Translations under genes and position numbers: made by a program
Source: Vicugna vicugna
Lineage: Eukaryota
Assembly: GCA_013265495.1 (NCBI GenBank)
Contig: MU061544.1
Location: 62,001-126,000 of the forward strand
Direction: 5' to 3'
Length of the DNA stretch: 64,000 bases
In this document: piece by piece, positions 13,329 through 24,630 of the stretch
Position numbering within the stretch: the first letter of the stretch is position 1
Layout of the letters: the number at the start of each line of letters is the position of its first letter
Notes under the pieces: model-generated
Seen by the model: the letters and a program-made list of their open reading frames with translations, nothing else
Database searches by the model: none
Told to the model about the DNA's origin: nothing

Positions 13329-13570
13329 GATAAATTTGAGAGTTTGAGATTTGCAGATGTTAACCATTATATTTAAAAACAGATAAAAGAACAAATTTCT
13401 TCTGTATGGCACAGGGAACTATATTCAATATCTTGCAGTAACTTTGAATGAAAAAGAATATGAAAACAAATACATGCATATGTATGTATGACTGAACATT
13501 GTGATGTACACCAGAAATCGACATATTGTAACTGACCATACTTCATTAAAAAAATAATTTAAAAAATAAG
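13329..13570 (+). mobile_element. Camelid/artiodactyl-type L1 3' end
   Basis: gagtttgagatttgcaga..cacagggaactatattcaatatcttg..tgtacaccagaaat..A-rich tail. Confidence 0.85.
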
Positions 13571-13599
13571 TAAGATGAGATACTTCATATAAGGGCAAC

Positions 13600-13880
13600 G
13601 TTGGTCTTTGACCTACACCCTTTGGATCCCTTTGTCCATTCTGGTGCCCCCCAATTCTATGTACTTTCCCTTCCACCAGCCAGAGTCCTCCATGAGGTAA
13701 GACTGAGGAAATACTCTGTAGGACTTCACCTGAGATTGAACCCTTCTTTTATTTCCCCTCCTGTTCCTTGTCCTGCTTTCCTTTCTACCTTACATTTCCC
13801 CCCGAGCATGCTTTCTTAATAAAATTATTTGAACAATTCTTACCTCAAGATCTGTTTCTGATTTAACGTGATCTAAGATC
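13600..13880 (+). mobile_element. ERVL-type LTR 3' part (LTR16/LTR33-like)
   Basis: ttaataaa..tcttacctcaagatctgtttctg..atctaaga terminal pattern. Confidence 0.5.
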
Positions 13881-13956
13881 CCTGCCCAGAAAAAAATTCA
13901 GACTATTGGGGTAGCTAATCAGGGATAAGAGACAGCCAGCAACAACACAAATTTGG

Positions 13957-14692
13957 GGAACCCTCCTGTTGGTGGGAATGTAAATTGGTGCAGCCACTAT
14001 GGAAAACAGAATGGAGGTTCCTTGAAAAACTAAAAGTAGAGTTACCATATGATCCAGCAGTCCCATCCCTGGGCATATATCTAGAAAAGATGAAAACTAT
14101 AATCTGAAAAGACATGTGCACCCCAATGGGCATAGTGGCACTATTTATAATAACCAAGACATGGAAGGAACCTAAATGTCCATCAACAGATGAATGTATA
14201 AAGAAGATATGATATGTGTGTACACACACACACACATACACACACAATGGAATATTACTCAGCCATAAGAAAGGATGAAATAATGACATTTGTAGCAACA
14301 TACATTGACCCAGAGATTATCATACTAAGTGAAGTAAGTCAGACAGAGAAAGACAAATACCATATGCTATCGCTTATATGTGGAATCTTAAAAAATGATA
14401 CAAATGAACTTATTCACAAAAACAGAATTAGAAAACAAACAGTTATCAAAGGGGAAAAGGAGGAATGGTAAATTCGGAGTTTGGGATTAACAAATACACA
14501 CATATAGTAATGTGTATGTAAAATAGATAAACAACAAGAACCTACTGTATAGCATAGAGAACTATTTTCAATATCTTGTAACAACCTTTAATGTAAAAGA
14601 ATCTGAAAATACATAAATATAACTGAATCACTTTACTGTACACCTGAAACTAACACAAAATTGTAAATCAACTAAACCTCAATTAAAATAAA
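13957..14692 (+). mobile_element. Artiodactyl-type L1 3' end with TSD
   Basis: ORF2 tail (ORF 14214..14471) and 3'UTR. TSD aac(a/t)caaatttgg at 13944-13956 and 14693-14705. Confidence 0.92.
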
Positions 14693-15191
14693 AACTCAAA
14701 TTTGGACAGAAATAGACATCAAAGTTTACAGACAATTTGTATAAATCAAAGAAGTATCCAAACTGCTGAGTCACAGGAATAATGTTGAATTCTTGCATGC
14801 TGTACACCCCAAATCAAGTAATTAAGAGAGATTATCAGAAACTCTGTTTTCAAATTCTAACTACAATTACAGCAACTGAGAGCAAGACATATTGACTGAA
14901 GTTGACAAGAGTGTTGAAGATATTACTAATACTGAATTAATAAAGTATTTTGGATGCTGACAAAAATCCTAAGAACCAAAATAAGGTCAGCAATGGAGTA
15001 CCAACTTTCAAATCCAAAGACCATTTCTTACTTTTACAAGACTTCTCCTTTGCCATAAAACAATGCTTAGTTTCACTTATTCTGGGATGTGCTCTTCCAC
15101 AAATTTCAAAGACCACAGTGTCTGAAGTTTTCCTCATCTCTGTGACTTAGATTTTCAATGGATTCCTCTGCCTCCTCCTTCTTTTTAAATA

Positions 15192-15466
15192 TTGTTGTCT
15201 CTTGGTTCTATGGGGGATTGATTTCAGGATGCTCACCGATACCAAAATCTGCAGATGGCCAAGTCCCTTATATAAAATGGCACAGTTTATTGCATACAAC
15301 CTATGCACATTCTCCCATATACTTTAAATCATCTCTAGGTTACTTAAATACTTCCTACAGTGTGAATGCTATATAAATAGTTGCTGACACATGGAAAATT
15401 CTGGATTTTTTTCCCCAAATATTTTCAACCAGTGGTTTTTGAATCGCAGATACAGAGAGCCAACTG
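15192..15466. mobile_element. MER2 (Tigger-derived MITE)
   Basis: gggggattg.tttcagga..ataccaaaatc.gcagat..caagtcccttatataaaatgg; ends caactg|TA. Confidence 0.85.
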
Positions 15467-15907
15467 TACTTGCTTTCCCCAGATCCCATGATTTGTGTTT
15501 CTTTCTCTACATCCTTGTTTTCTAAAGTAGTATCATTGATGATTATCATTTACTTTCTCTTCTATAGGCTAGTAAGTCCTATGTCTTAATTTCTAGGCAC
15601 AATTTTTGTTCTAAATACCAGAAATATTTGTTATTTATTTGCCACTTGCACCTGTTAGAAACCAGAATACTACACTCAACATATTGAATAGTAAAGTCAT
15701 CTTTTTCTCCATTCTTCATGGATTCTATGTCCTACCTATTGAACACGGCATTGTCCCTGTCAATCAAGTCAAGATTTCGAGACCTCTCCAGCTCTCCCAG
15801 TGCCACACAGATCCTTGTCAGTCTCCCCACCTTTAATACCTATCAAATCTACTCCCTGTCTTTTTGCTATAGTCACAACCTAGATCATCAATCATGTATT
15901 GTCTAGA

Positions 15908-16229
15908 GTAGGGATGTCCAACAGAAACATAATGCAAGCCACGTTTATGATTAAAAAATTAGTAGCCACATTAAACAAAAAAAGGAAAGATATGAAATTA
16001 GTTTTTATAGTTCATTTTATTTAACTCAATATATTCAAAATACTATCATTCTTTCAAATATAGTTAGCATCAAAGACTATTAACAGGACATTTTACATTC
16101 TTTATTTAAATTGTTTCATTGACACCCAGTGTATATTTTACACTGGTCAGGACATATCTCAATTCAGACTAAGGCATTCCAAGCACTCAGTATCCCAGTG
16201 TGTCTGGTGGCTACCAGATGGACAGCATA
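15908..16229. mobile_element. MER33
   Basis: tgtccaa.agaaa.ataatgc.agccac ... gtggctacc..atggacagc. Confidence 0.8.
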
Positions 16230-17477
16230 TATCTAAACCATCAGCTCTGGATCTCAACCTCCAGGCCCATCCTCCAGAATCCTACCACTGGAGGGACATC
16301 TCTAACATGCATTACACTTCTCTAATCCATACATTTATCCAGGGCATACAGGACAAAGTCAAATCTTTTTTTCATGTCTCCCATCATCCTCTATGTTCCC
16401 GAATACCTTCCTATCCCTTCCTCATTTGTTAAGCCCTGACTTGTGCTGCCATGGAGATTACTGATCTTCATACTAGTGACATCATACCTCTCTGCAGTTC
16501 TTCAAATACTCTTGTTGGTCCCTTTCTCTACAAGGCTTTTTATCTCCTTTTGTCTTCCTGAAGAACTTCTATTTAAGCTACTCATTTATAAAATTAAATA
16601 CTGTGAAGCCTTCCATGATCTCTGCCTATACTCCTATGCCAAACCTCACTGTGTTTCTCCGTAATATCTTAATCACTGCAGAAAAAGACCACTTATAATA
16701 GTATACAAAACCATTTGTTTGCTTTATCTTTTGGTTAGGCTTTGAAATCCTTGAGGGCTGAGAGGGTGCCTTTGTACCCCCAGGGTGCACAACAGAAGAT
16801 CAATAAGTCTATACAGAGGGAAGAAAAAAAATTAAGTATGATCTACTGAGAAATACCTCACCAACTATGAAATCATAGGGCTCACAAGTAGCCTGCAATA
16901 TACCAGCCTCTCAATTTGTATACCACATACGGCTTCCACATTTCCAGGGCACAATTCACACAGACTTATTCTGAATTACATGAGAATGAAGACATGGGAC
17001 AATGAAGACATTCATTGTCTCCCAGCAGAATTCCAGGGCCTACTCTCATCTGCACAGGGTACAACACATCCTCCAGACAGGCCACACACAGTTACTAACA
17101 CATACACATGGACACACAGTCACGTTCTATCCAGACCCTGCTCAGATAAACTTTTCTCTTGTCTGCCGGCAGCTGTTGAAGACACAAGGTGTACCCCAAC
17201 CTGTCTCAGAAGTGGCAGTCATGTCAACTGGAGTTAGAGAGGGCAGTGTGGGGAGTGCAGACTATGAATGCCATTAGTACAATATGGCAGTTATCCTTCC
17301 AGGGATGAGGGAACAGCCAAGAGGGAAGGCTCTAGTGCAGTTTTCTCCAGGTATGTCTACACAGGGAATTTACACAGAACCCCCATAAAGATTAGTGACG
17401 AGATGGAGAATGCTACACGCAGGAAGTCCTTGGGCACATGATCCATACTGTCCTTATTCAAAGTGTATCTACTGCTA

Positions 17478-17975
17478 GAATTATATAGTAGAACAAACAA
17501 CCACAAAGCTTCAGTGTCAGAGCTGAGCTCATGAGTCTCCAGGGACAATCTGATCGGGACTGGACTCAACATACCTTGACTGAATTTGCCAATCTGTCTG
17601 AGATAAGCTGCGAGTTGGCAGGGTAGCTCTGCTGACCTTGGTTGGGGATCACCCGCATTTCTGGAGGCTGACTGGCTATTGACTCATCTTAGGACAGACT
17701 TGGCTGGGAAAATGGGACAACTTGGGTTTGCCTCATGTGTCTCATCCTGCAAAAGCTAGCCCAGGCAAACCTTTCTCATGGTGATGACAGAGGACAAAAA
17801 CAGCAAGGATAAAAACACCAATGCCTTTCAAAAATCTTCTTGCATCAAATTTGCAAACATGCTTTTGATGGAAGCAAAACATGTGGCCAAGCCCAGTGCC
17901 GGAGTTGGAGAGTGCCACCAAGCAGGGGTAGAAGGAGCAGTGAGTCAATGAGGCCATTAACGCACTAATTCCAAC
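17478..17975 (-). mobile_element. MLT1 LTR (F/G/H-like)
   Basis: gctagcccaggc..ttctcatggtgatg.cagagg and aagcaaaacatgtggccaagccca motifs. Confidence 0.7.
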
Positions 17976-18882
17976 AAGCAGGAGAGTATATGTAGCAAGA
18001 TCAACTTCCTGGTTAGAAGACAGTTTACTGAAAGGGTAACTTCATGGTTGGTTGGTTTATTTTTTTTTTGTGGAAAAAATATATATATTTAATTTTGATG
18101 TTTAAACCTAAAAAAGCATTGGTGCTTCAAGAGGTAACGTGGTCCTGTTTTGAGTTATATCAGCAATGCCCAAACAAAATGAATGGTCCCATAAATCTTG
18201 GAATAGAGAGGAAGTTTAGGCTCAGGCACCAAAGTGGAAGAGCCAAGGAAGAAAGGAAGATGCAGACTTCGTTGTGAACAGAGGCTAAATTGTGACATCA
18301 GTGGTGGAATGTCCCACTCAACCCGACTACCTATTCTTATGCCTTTCAGCTCTACTTCAGTAAACTATGGAAGCTTTGTTTTTGCAGCTCAGAAAGACTC
18401 TAGGCATTTCTGAGGTGAGGAAACATTCGTATCTTCTGGATTTTGGTGTATCCATGGAATGTGCATCTGCTGAATGAAAACATGACCAAAATAGAATTTT
18501 TGTAATTTTCAGAGTAGTACATTCAGGAGAAAACTCATTCAGACTCAACAGTAATTTACTGTGAACTTGACTTTGTATGTTTTGCTTTGTAATAGTGTAG
18601 ATTCTGTGACTGAACATGCAGCTAAGCTTCGTGGATAGGATTCTAACTGGCAATTGGGAAAACACATGATTTTGTGGGGGTTTTTTCCTCCTCATCATTA
18701 TCAGCAGGCAAAGGCTCTTGTGGTCTCATTGACTGCTATCTTGGTGGAGATGCTAATGATCAAATCTAACAGATGCTTGGACGCACAGTGCCAGTTAAAA
18801 TATGCAACTGGCAGAAATAAAAAAAATCATGGGCTGTTTGACAGTCACACACAGAACTCTTCCTATAATTAGAGATAATTAC

Positions 18883-19059
18883 CAATGTTAGGAGATCAAA
18901 AGCATCTTTTTCTTGGTCCTTGAAAAGCTAAATATAAACTGCAAACAGACACCAGCAGGTACTCTAAATTTACAAGATGCAGAATTTCTTGAGAAGGGGC
19001 TAAGCCACTTCATAGCTATTTGCCTTCTCAGCATTTCATGTGCACTTTGCAAAGTATAC
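18883..19059 (-). pseudogene. hAT relic segment 3 (177 nt) with the RWLS-like motif
   Basis: Acceptor atttatttaAG, donor TTG|GTAATT. Reads YTLQSAHEMLRRQIAMKWLSPF/QEILHLVNLEYLLVSVCSLYLAF/KDQEKDAFDLLTL, with KWLS at 19010-18999. Two single-base frameshifts inferred. Confidence 0.62.
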
Positions 19060-19449
19060 CTTAAATAAATCATTTGCTACATATAGTTTCTAAAAGCATA
19101 ATTTATTTTTCCTGGCTATAGACACTCATTCCCTGTAGTCAAAAAAAGAACAGAACCATGGTATATTTCTACAAAACGAAAACAACATTTCTCTGTCAAT
19201 CTGTCTTCATTGGCTTGTTTAAGTTTAAAATTTACATTTTAGCATTATAGTAGAAACACTAAATTACCAAATAGGGGTCCAGTACAACCTCTATTTAAGC
19301 CCTGTCTTAGTTTAACTAGGTTATTTAATTTCCACAACTATTTTAACTGCTTTAACTCTACTAATTTTATATCTAGTACACAGAACATATACAGCCCTTA
19401 TACTAGTAAAATATTTAATAACTTAGGCTTTAGGTGTCATAGAAACTAC

Positions 19450-19608
19450 CTGCAAATGGAAATCTTTGCACACTAAATATATATAGTCAGTTTCCTTTCT
19501 CATTTAACACAGCGTCTTTGTTTTGTATCCCTAGTAAGAGAGGGGATTATTCTGAGAACAGTCAGGATTACTCCTGGAAGTGCAGGGTCTGCATGGAGAG
19601 ATTCAGAC
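19450..19608 (-). pseudogene. hAT relic segment 2 (159 nt)
   Basis: Acceptor gttctcttttAG, donor CAG|GTAGTT. Reads LNLSMQTLHFQ/GVILTVLRIIPSLTRDTKQRRCVK*, resembling the helix after the CxxH motif (EALCAKTL..HVM.TVVKIVNFIR...NHRQF). Confidence 0.55.
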
Positions 19609-19864
19609 CTAAAAGAGAACTGGAGTGCTCAGGGAAAGGGAGAAATCAGTACCAGGCAGGTAATCAACAATATCTTGCCGGTAATTTAGTTTTTGTTTGT
19701 TCCTTTGTAATGAGACCCTATGAAGCTTCATAAACACATATACAGTCTCCTCAAATATAATTTATGGTCTCTCCATTTCCTCTAGGCTAATGGCTCAACT
19801 TTCTAGTATAAAATTCAAAGTCTTCTTCCAATAAGGCCCTGGCCTAGATTTGAAAATTCATCTC

Positions 19865-19952
19865 AATTGTGCTCTACACTGGAATTTGATACAACATTGT
19901 AAAATGATTATAAATCAATAAAAAATGTTAAAAAAAAGAAAACAAAAGAAAA
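19865..19952 (+). mobile_element. Minimal camelid-type L1 3' tip with TSD
   Basis: About 65 nt nearly identical to the reverse complement of 46453-46517, plus an A tail. TSD gaaaatt(c/t)atctc at 19852-19864 and 19953-19965. Confidence 0.9.
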
Positions 19953-20411
19953 GAAAATTTATCTCTTGTTATTTTCCCCACACATCCTCTGGTGACACTG
20001 GATTATTCACTGCCCATTAAGCATATTTAGCTTCTGCCTCCAAAAATCCTCCTGTGAATCTCTCCTTTTCTCCTCTCTGTTGTCTCTCTTTGCTTCCCAC
20101 CCCCTTTATTTGGAGATCTCTCTGCGGGCCAAATCAGAGACCAACTAATTGGGGGAACCCTCTGTAATGCCCCCAAGTATGTTTAAGGACAGCCTTATCT
20201 GTCTTGCCACAACACTACGAACAGAACTTTATTAATTTTCACCTCACTTTGTATTCCATTATCTGCACATCCAGCTAAATGTTAAGATGTTTACACTACT
20301 TCCAAAAGGTCTAGGCTCTAACCCAGGGTCATACACACATCTTGCTCACAAATGTTCAGATTATATTCCACAATCCATGATGATATTAAGAATTAAAATG
20401 TGAGTTTAGAG

Positions 20412-20578
20412 CAGGGGGTAAAGAAACTAACCCAAGAGAAAATCACATGTTGCTGTGAGTAAAGTTTTATTAGGACACAGCCACACTGACTCATTTATGC
20501 ACTTCTGTTATGACAGAACCCAAATGATCTGTAAATCTGAAATACTATCCCTTTACTGAAAAGTTTTGTTGACCCCTG
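20412..20578. mobile_element. MER58A
   Basis: Termini cagggg...gacccctg; taaagttttatt.gga.acagccac core. Confidence 0.75.
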
Positions 20579-20703
20579 GAGTTTGGAGCAATCTAGACTA
20601 GTACAATCATGGGAATAAATAATATATACACGGGGGTACAATGTGTCAACTTAGTCTAGGTACTGTTTATTACATCAAGTGCCAATTTAATAAGTAATGC
20701 ATT

Positions 20704-20920
20704 GGGATGGTCAGTTTTATGTGGCAACTTGGCTAGGATATATTCCCCATGTATTCAAAAGTTTATATTGTTTCTGTGAAGTTATTTTGTAGCAGTAATT
20801 AAAGTCCATAACAAGGTGATGTTAAGTAAAGGAGATTATACTAGACAGGTAGTCTTAATTCAATTTGTTAAAAGGTCTTACGAGAAAAGCTAAGATTTAT
20901 TAGAAAAAAATTCCAGCCTG
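20704..20920 (+). mobile_element. MLT2 LTR 5' part
   Basis: tg.gatggt.agttttatgtg.caacttggctagg..ttaagtaaaggagatta. Confidence 0.75.
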
Positions 20921-21523
20921 CCTTAAGAAAATGCTGTTAAGCTGTTTTTTTATAGTAGTTTTGAACAGATTTTTGCTTTGTGGATAAAGATCATTCATAT
21001 TTGGAAGTAGCCAATCCACCACTGGTTGATCAAGGTCCACTTCTGATCTAAATACAAATCATAAAGACTTCAACACATTCCACCTAAACTATCTTGATTT
21101 ATTTTAACTTTTATTGAGAGACCACTGTGAAACCTTTCAAAATACAGACACGGCAGATTAAAAAACTAGAAAAAATGAAAAACAGTACCTCCTATTTTAG
21201 CCATGCTGTCTCCAGTTACATTTTTTTTTTAACAGAGCCTCCCAAAATTACTATCATAAGAAAACTACTCCTTCATGATACTCAGATCGTCTATCGAGTA
21301 CCACTGAAACTGAGAGGATTGCCATTTAGACACTCAACACACACACATACACATACTCACCCACCCAGAATTTTTTTTTAATGGGTTGGGTTCAGGAGCT
21401 CAGGAAAGGAGACTGGAAAGACAGCAAGGGCAGAAAATGATGGTCTTTGTATCCACTCAAAGGGATCTTGCCCTGAAGGTAATGGCCTCCGCGCACTGAA
21501 GAACTTTCAGCATGAGTTGTCAC

Positions 21524-22512
21524 TTTTTTTTTGAGCTATAGGTAACAGAGTTTCATGTTTGTTTCAGGTGTAGTACATAGTGAGTTGACATTTACATACA
21601 TCTGTCCCGAAAGTTATTAATATTGACCATATTGTTTATACTGTATATTACATACACATGGCTCATTTTACAACTGGAAGTTTGTATCTCTTAATCCTGT
21701 AATCTATTTGGCCCCCAACCTCCTTCCAGTCTGAAAACTGACGATTTATTCTCTATGAGTCTGTTTTAATTGTTTATATTTTTTAAATTCCACATACAGG
21801 TAAGATGATACAGTATTTGTCTTTCTCTGTCTGACTTATTTCACTTAGCAAAATACTCTGTAGATCTATCCATGTTGTTGCAAATGACAAGATTTCATTT
21901 TTTATGGCTGAGTAACACTCCACTGTCTATGTGTGTGAGTGTGTGCCTGTATACATTTACACACACACATCTACTTTACCCATTCACCCATTGATTGTTA
22001 TGTCCCTATTTCAGATATCATAAATAATGCTGCGATAAACTTAAGGGTACATACATTTTCAAATTAGTGTTTTCATTTTCTTCAGATAAATACCTGGAAG
22101 AGGAATTGCTGAATCATATGGTAGTTCTATTGATTTGAGGAAACTCCATATTGTTTTCCATAGATATTGCATGAATTTACAATCCCACCAACAGTGCACA
22201 AAGGTTCCCTTTTCTCCACATCCTTACCGATACTTGTTAATTGTTATCTTTTTGATGATACCCATTTTGACAGGTGTGAAGTGTTATCTCATTGTGGTTT
22301 CAATTTGCATTTCCCTGATGATTAGTGATGTGGAATATATTTTCATGACTGTTGGCCATCTGAATGTCTTTTTTGGAAAAATGTCTATTTGGGTCCTCTG
22401 CCCATTTTTTAATCAGGTTGTTTTCTTCTAGAACTTTATGGTTTCAGGTCCTACATTTAAGTTTTTAATCCATTTTGAGTTTATTTTCCTATATGGTATG
22501 AGAAAGTAGTCT
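21524..22512 (-). mobile_element. L1 3' portion
   Basis: Antisense ORF2 tail (ORF 22135..22431 is the usual antisense read) and 3'UTR. Confidence 0.9.
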
Positions 22513-23555
22513 AACAACAGCAAATATAAAGGTAGGTCAGATGTTTTTTGTAGCTACCGCAGGAAAGATATTTTCCATTAAATATGAATGATAAAGATAT
22601 TAAGAATCATGGCATTAGTAGACAAACAGCATTTTTGATGGCCAATATCTGGCCACATTTGACCTTTTTGTAGAAATTAATTGCAGTAGCCAAGGATTCA
22701 CATATATTCAACTGTTTAAAAAGTTGTTAATGTGATAATTAAATTGGACATACATGTCTTCAAAACAAAGGTTGCCCTCAATGTACCTGAGCACTTTTCC
22801 CAGTTTTCTTGCCTTGTTTGTTTTTAATTTACAAAATACTTTTCCTTAAATATATTTATTTTCCCTTGAATGGAGTCAAGTAGTTTAATAAAGACATCAT
22901 TACCTCTGCATACTCTCCAACTCCCACACAGACAGAAAATGTAACATAAATTCTATGGCTATGAAACAAGTAGCTAAATTGAAGTACATTTATTTTGGTC
23001 TGCTTTCACAAGTAGAAGTTATTTCAGTTAACAGATGGGGAAAAGTCTGGAGGTCTTAAACCTAATACTACTCTAATAAACTCAACATAAGGTTCTTATT
23101 TCTCTAACATAAAGCAACTTAATGCAAATGAGAATACATAGTAAATATTACTTAGTGCTCATTATGAAGTGTTAAATCCATCATCACAGCATGTGGTTCA
23201 GGACCTATGAGTTTAATCTACCAAGTAACATAACATGGCTGTATAAATATGTGCTCCCTCAGAATCGAAAGTCTATTTCATTTGGTAAAACCTGTAATTT
23301 TTAAGTACTTCCTAACTGGCAACATGTAAACAGAATGATTAAGATTAATTACAAATCCTCTGACTTTTAAGTAAGGGTATTTTGTTTTGTCTTGGTACCA
23401 GTAAAGAGCAGATTAACTTAATGTCCATCATTAGCAAGGACAGTAAGAAACTTGGAGAAACGTATTTTTGTTTTAATTTTGTTTATCTTCCCACTTAACA
23501 ATTATCAACATATATCTATATATTTCAGAGAGATTTCTTTCTTGGTCTAAGTTAC

Positions 23556-24630
23556 CTGCACAGGTTGTTTTGGTTCTCCTTTGCTCCTATCAGTGAAATT
23601 AATCATGTTTTAACAATAAGTGTGGGAAAAAATTAAGTACTTTGTAGCTATAGATATGAAAGAAAGGAAAAAATATAGTAACAGTGAAAGATTGAAGCCA
23701 CATTTCTGTTATCCCTAGTTTGAATTTAAGATATTTGTGATCTAAATGTTCCTTTGGGTGAACAGACATTATGTCATCCTGACCACACTGTGCCAAGGAC
23801 TTGGCTGTTGCTATGGCCCCAGTTTCAGACTGGTGATCCTATCCTTATGAAGAATTTCATTAGGTGTTCAAGAGTGTTGCAGCTCCTCATATGAAAAATA
23901 AAGATGTGCTTGGACACATTTTTAAAACCCAAGAGGGAAAATCCACCTTCTCATGCTTCACCTATTCTCACTCATCATAGCCTTGTTGGCAAAGATTTCC
24001 TTTCCCTATATTACATTTTTAACATATTGCTTCAATGTCTCTCTCTCTGCTCCTGTGTCACTGAGGTATCCAAAGCTACTGTGATTACAGATCCTTCATG
24101 TGACTTTCCTCTTGGGAAACTTATGGGAACTTCTTTTTGTCTCTGATCTAATATCATGGCTGTGATATTTTCTGTCTCTGTAGATACTAAAATTTTTCTT
24201 CTCCCTATATAGATTTTTGTATATACATTTTTTTTATTTAAGTACAGTCACTTTATAATGTTGTGTCAATGTGTTTTTATTTTCATTTTTTGTCTTCCTC
24301 CTCTTTTTTCCTTCTCATTTAACATAGTGTATGCCTGAAACTTGCCATGAATACTTTACGCATCTGCCTATAATTATAATTGGGAAACTAAAACTCGGAG
24401 TGTGTGGAAGAAGCTTAACACATTGAAGCTTTATCTTCAGTCTCTATGAATAGGAATTTCTTAGGGAAATCCAGGTGGCTGTGTCTTCAGGTCTTCCCTT
24501 CTGAGCTGGTGAATTTTTGTGATCTAATCATACCAAGAAATCAATTACTGCCTATCCACCTGTTCTACAGATTTCTGGGGGATTTTTTGTTTGTTTCCTT
24601 CTCATTTTTTCCATCTGTTGCCATGGGTGC
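23556..24630 (-). pseudogene. hAT relic segment 1: N-terminus, zinc-finger-like region and first half of the catalytic domain
   Basis: Acceptor tttttatgatatAG then cccATGg (ATG at 24624). Pieces read KKFLFIETE/KLQCVK, SFPRGKSHEGSVITVA, LKQYVKNVI..AMMSEN, GFSLLG, EILHKDRITSLKLG/AIATAKSLAQCGQDDIMSVHPKEHL and FHC. Donor CAG|GTAACT at 23556/23555. Heavily decayed; it may be more than one exon. Confidence 0.5.
24228..24272 (-). mobile_element. Tiny L1 3' tip inserted in hAT segment 1
   Basis: T-tract followed by atttaagtacagtcactttataatgttgtgtcaat, resembling an artiodactyl/camelid L1 terminus. catttttt recurs on both sides. Confidence 0.6.

Larger units (their letters stand above)
14980..16810 (+). 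mobile_element. Degraded L2 interrupted by MER2 and MER33
   Basis: L2 motifs (aaatccaaagaccatttct, ttttcctcatctctgtgac, cttgagggc.gag). Confidence 0.6.
2110..24630 (-). pseudogene. Multi-exon hAT (Buster/Charlie/SPIN-like) transposase-derived pseudogene, whole locus
   Basis: Seven collinear minus-strand segments translate, with manual frameshift repair, into the ordered motifs of a Buster-type transposase: zinc finger, FSL..(D), KL..IAT(D), FHC, (R)WLS, YL..I..H...N..LQ, E...RF, YP..E..FS. Most boundaries carry AG/GT signals. Many stops and frameshifts. Confidence 0.65.

Noticed and set aside
18350..18414. Plus-strand exon-like stretch (tttcAG...GAG|GTGAGG)
   Set aside because: Stops in all three frames and no partner exons identified.
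6467..19059. RGS-domain gene (RGSL1/RGS22-like) as the identity of the minus-strand exons
   Set aside because: Only superficial helix similarity and no match to RGSL1 as I recall it. The ordered hAT motifs explain all segments better.
19535..19658. Plus-strand open exon candidate (SKRGDYSENSQDYSWKC...)
   Set aside because: No recognisable homology, and it overlaps relic segment 2 on the opposite strand.
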